Source of the DNA: Eimeria praecox
Taxonomy: Eukaryota
Length of the DNA: 64,000 bases
Assembly (NCBI GenBank): GCA_963920595.1
Contig: OY986949.1
Span: forward strand, 434,001-498,000
Reading direction: 5' to 3'
The position numbers were made by a program, and so were the translations under genes. Positions 49,416-64,000 of the stretch are shown one piece after another. The notes below the pieces were generated by a model. That model was given only the letters and a program-made list of their open reading frames with translations. It searched no databases and had not been told where the DNA came from. How positions within the stretch are numbered: position 1 is the stretch's first letter; every line of letters starts with the position of its first letter.

Positions 49416-50026
49416 GGGCCTTTTACGAGGGCCCCCTCTTCAGCAAAGTTATTTGGGTAGCAGGACAAACACACGGCTTCTATGCTGCTGCTCCTGCTGC
49501 TGCTGCTCCTGCTGCTGCTGCTCCTGCTGCTGCTGCTGCTGCTGCTGGGGGTGCTGCTGCTGCTGCAGATGCTGCTGCTAGCTGCAGCAAGGAGACTGTC
49601 GAATTTCTACGAGAGATGCATGGAGAAATCAGCAGCAGCTTAGCTGCTGCTGCCTCGCCAAGTGCTGCTGCTGCTGCTGCTGCTGCTGCTGCAGCTGCTG
49701 CTGCTGCTGCTGCAACGGATGCAGCAGCAGGGCAGCAGCAGCAAAACCAGCGGAAGCAGCAGCAACAGCAGCAGCAGCAACAGCAGCAGCAGCAAGAACC
49801 TATATCTTGGTTTTCTGAGTCTGAAGACGAAGACGAAGGAGAAAACAGCAGCAAACCAGCAACAAGAACAGCAGCAGCAGCACCAGCAGCAGCATCGACA
49901 CGTGCTGCTGCTGCTGCTGCTGCTGCTGCAGCAGCAGCAGCAGCTAGCAGCAGCACATTGTGGACGAAAGAAGATTATATTCGTCTCGTCATACAGAGAA
50001 TGAAACGAGGGCGAACGCCCCCACAG

Positions 50027-50089
<63 letters not shown>

Positions 50090-50170
50090 GCCGCAGAAGT
50101 ACGGAGAACGAAGATGCTCCTCAGAAACTTTCAGGGAACTCAACCGTTTACTGATGACCTCAAATTATAA
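44521..50170 (+). CDS. DEAD-box helicase-fold protein with degenerate catalytic motifs (exons ~44521-46616, 46949-47162, 47694-48678, 49098-50170)
   Basis: Motif scaffold in order: [93 protein letters not shown] junctions are phase-consistent. The start codon is uncertain. Confidence 0.8.
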
Positions 50171-50735
50171 ACGCTATTGCTGCTGCTGCTGCTGCTGCTG
50201 CAGCAGCAGCAGCAGCAATTGCTGCTACTGCTAAAGGTGCTGCTGCTCTTGCAGCAGCAATTGCTGCTGCTGCAGGTGCTGCTGCTGCTGCAGGTGCTGC
50301 AGTTACTGCTACTCTTGCAGCAGCAATTGCTGCTGCTGCTGCTGCTGCTCGTGCATACGAAGCAGCAGCATTTGCTGCTGCTCCAATAAAAGCAACAGCA
50401 GCGGCTGCTGCAGCAGCAGCAGCAGCTAGAGCAGCAGCAGCAGCAGCTAGAGCAGCAGCAGCAGCAGCAGGAAGGACATATGTTTTTGTGTTTCTGTTTT
50501 GTTTTAGTACTTCGTCTCTCTCTCTCTCTCTCCCTCATCTCCCCTCACGTAAACCCTAAACCCTAAACCCTAAACCCTAAACCCTAAACCCTAATGTTTG
50601 CTACACCTAAACCATCAAGAATTTCGAAAAATTCAGGTTTAAGGGTTTAGGGTTTGCTAGGGTTTAGAGTTTACTAGGGTTTAGGGTTTACTAGGGTTTA
50701 GGGTTTACTAGGGTTTAGGGTTTAGGGTTTAGGGT

Positions 50736-61524
<10,789 letters not shown>

Positions 61525-62309
61525 AGGCGCAAGTATAAAGGGTGATTACGAGTATAAATAATGGGATAATAAACAAAATAACAATATAAATGAATATAAA
61601 AACATAAATAATACAATAAAATTAATTATTTACACAAAAAATCATGTTTTTTTATAGTATTTTGTGTTTTATATACATCGGGGCTGCCTGGCGCTTGTTT
61701 AAGAGGGAGGGGGGGGGGTCTGTCTGTACACCGCAGCGGAAGGTGAGAATGGAGTTTGTCTTTTTCTCTGTTTTTCTTGTAATTTTGTTGTATTTATATT
61801 TAATTTGTTGTTTATTTTATATTTATTAATAAATTTAAACCTTAATTGCTTTTTTTACTGCTGTCTTCCACCTCAACTACTTCTGTCGAGGCCGAGATTC
61901 CTCCTATCACAGCTGCTGTATAACCAGAAGGTGTTTACAACAATACAATAAGAAAAGAAGATATAAATTAAAAAAATAAACATAAATAAAATATAATAAT
62001 TGAAATTGAATATAAATATCGATAAAAAAATTAAAAATTAATATTTTTTTCATACAAAACATACTCTGTCGATGCCGACGCGACTCAAGCTCCGATGATG
62101 ATTGCTGTATAATATCTTCTTGTTTTATTTTTTGGTTTTTGGAGTTATTTATGTTCTTATAAATCTTAAAATATAACAGAAGAGTAGTAGTTTATCTTTT
62201 ATTGCTTATCTAGATACAAAATTATATATATGTATATATATATATATATATATGATTAGACTTGAAGCCTAATTTGCAATTCTTATGTAAATATTTGTAT
62301 CTATAAATA

Positions 62310-62500
62310 TATTTAGATAATTATATTTAGATAATTATGTTTAGATATTTATATTTATATGATTATATTTAGATAATTATATATATATATATAATTATAT
62401 TTAGATAATTCTATTTAGATAATTTTATTTATATAATTATATGTAGATAAATATATTTAGATAAATATATTTAGGTAATTATATTTAGATAATTATATTT
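62310..62500. repeat. AT-rich ~14-mer tandem repeat (ATATTTAGATAATT)
   Basis: Visible upstream of DHFR-TS. Confidence 0.8.
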
Positions 62501-62598
62501 ATATATATATTAATATATATAACCCTTATATCGTTAACTATAACCTTTTAAAAGTATAGGAATATATGCGTACATATATACATATATATACATATACA

Positions 62599-62640
<42 letters not shown>

Positions 62641-62746
62641 ATGGCCTAGTGTCTTTTCTTTGAGGGTTTTGGTGCTTCTCCAAAAACAAAGTAGAAGAAA
62701 AGCAAAAACTATAGAACAATACATTTGTTAGTACCCCAAATAACTA

Positions 62747-62782
<36 letters not shown>

Positions 62783-63172
62783 AATATATATATACCTAAA
62801 TACATATATTCTTAATAATATATATATTATATTTTATGTATGCTACTAGATATATATAATAAATATATATATTTATATATGTCGAATTTATTTCTATTTT
62901 TTCTTAGTCGAAGAAAAACAGGATTTGATTTCCTTGATATAAACAAAACAAATAGATTTACTATTCTAAAGAATAATAAATCTTTTCTTATAAATAATAA
63001 TAAATCGATTATTTAATTAAAATAAATAAATAAAATAAATAATTCAGAATGTAAGTACTTTTCCTCTTTTTATTTATTTTCTATTCTTTGAGTTTGCTGT
63101 TTTGTCTAATCAGCGATTTCACTACAACAATCTTCTAGGTGTTGGTCTGTACACTATATACCGATCTCTAAC

Positions 63173-63221
<49 letters not shown>

Positions 63222-63411
63222 GTATATGTATCAATCAATCTATTATTATTGTACCAATATGTACTTGTCTAGAGGTATATATGTATGTGTACATATATAT
63301 GTATGATATGCATATATATATGATGCTTGTATGATAGATATACGTATGCAGAAGTACGATAGAAAGATGGATAGTATGATATATATATATATAGATATAT
63401 AACCATGTATG

Positions 63412-63452
<41 letters not shown>

Positions 63453-64000
63453 TATATATATATATAATATACAAATATATATATTTATATTAGTATGATA
63501 TAAATATATATATGCACGCATAAAGAGGTAAATATCAGGTATTTTCATGCATATGAATGCACGTGTAATTATAAATAGACATATATATATTCATAGATAT
63601 GTGTATATATATATATATACGAACAAAATAACCTATGTAGATGTTTTTAAATATTTCTACGAATATCTGTCTCAATAAAGCAACTATCACAACAAGACAC
63701 AATCTACATAGATCTAAATCTATTCATATATATATATAAACATATATACTAATCTTATATAAATATAAATATACTTGTGTAAAAATTTATACAGTTTCAT
63801 TCAGCAGGAATATATATATGTATGAAATATATAATAATACATAAATAAGACTGATTAGATACATAGAAGTGAGTAACACACATAAAGTATCCGCGTCTAC
63901 ATACCAAATAAATGCGTAGATTTTTACACACTATGGATATCTGTGTATAAATGTATTGCTCTAAGGAAAAAAGTATAGTTGTTTCATATAAAAGATATTA

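Noticed and set aside
61800..64000. Very AT-rich stretch, possible centromere or organellar insert
   Set aside because: Mostly TA-type microsatellites upstream of DHFR-TS. No organellar gene or RNA signature, and it is truncated by the window edge.

Overview
Eukaryotic coccidian DNA, almost certainly Eimeria, judged from (CAG)n homopolymer-encoding repeats, interstitial AAACCCT repeats, TGCATGCA arrays and a bifunctional DHFR-TS. The species cannot be fixed from this window. The first ~14.5 kb is repeat-poor. It holds a decayed multi-exon gene resembling a lineage-specific membrane family and degenerate Ty3/gypsy (probably chromovirus) relics. From ~14.6 kb on, the sequence is repeat-rich and carries genes I spliced by hand: a multi-TM RING-H2 E3 ligase, a low-complexity RRM-like protein, an SLX9/FAM207A-like protein, a 9-exon EEF1AKMT4/METTL13-like methyltransferase, URI1/Bud27, a DEAD-box-fold protein with every catalytic motif degenerate, and an 11-exon DHFR-TS. 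The most notable signals are a dispersed palindrome (GGTGTAYRTACACC) at gene starts, splice acceptors and inside exons, two duplicated decoy acceptor/exon starts in one gene, splice and stop signals fused to telomeric repeats, and a GC-AG intron plus an apparent frameshift in DHFR-TS. Most long ORFs in the supplied track are microsatellite artefacts. All family assignments rest on motif recognition, not database searches.
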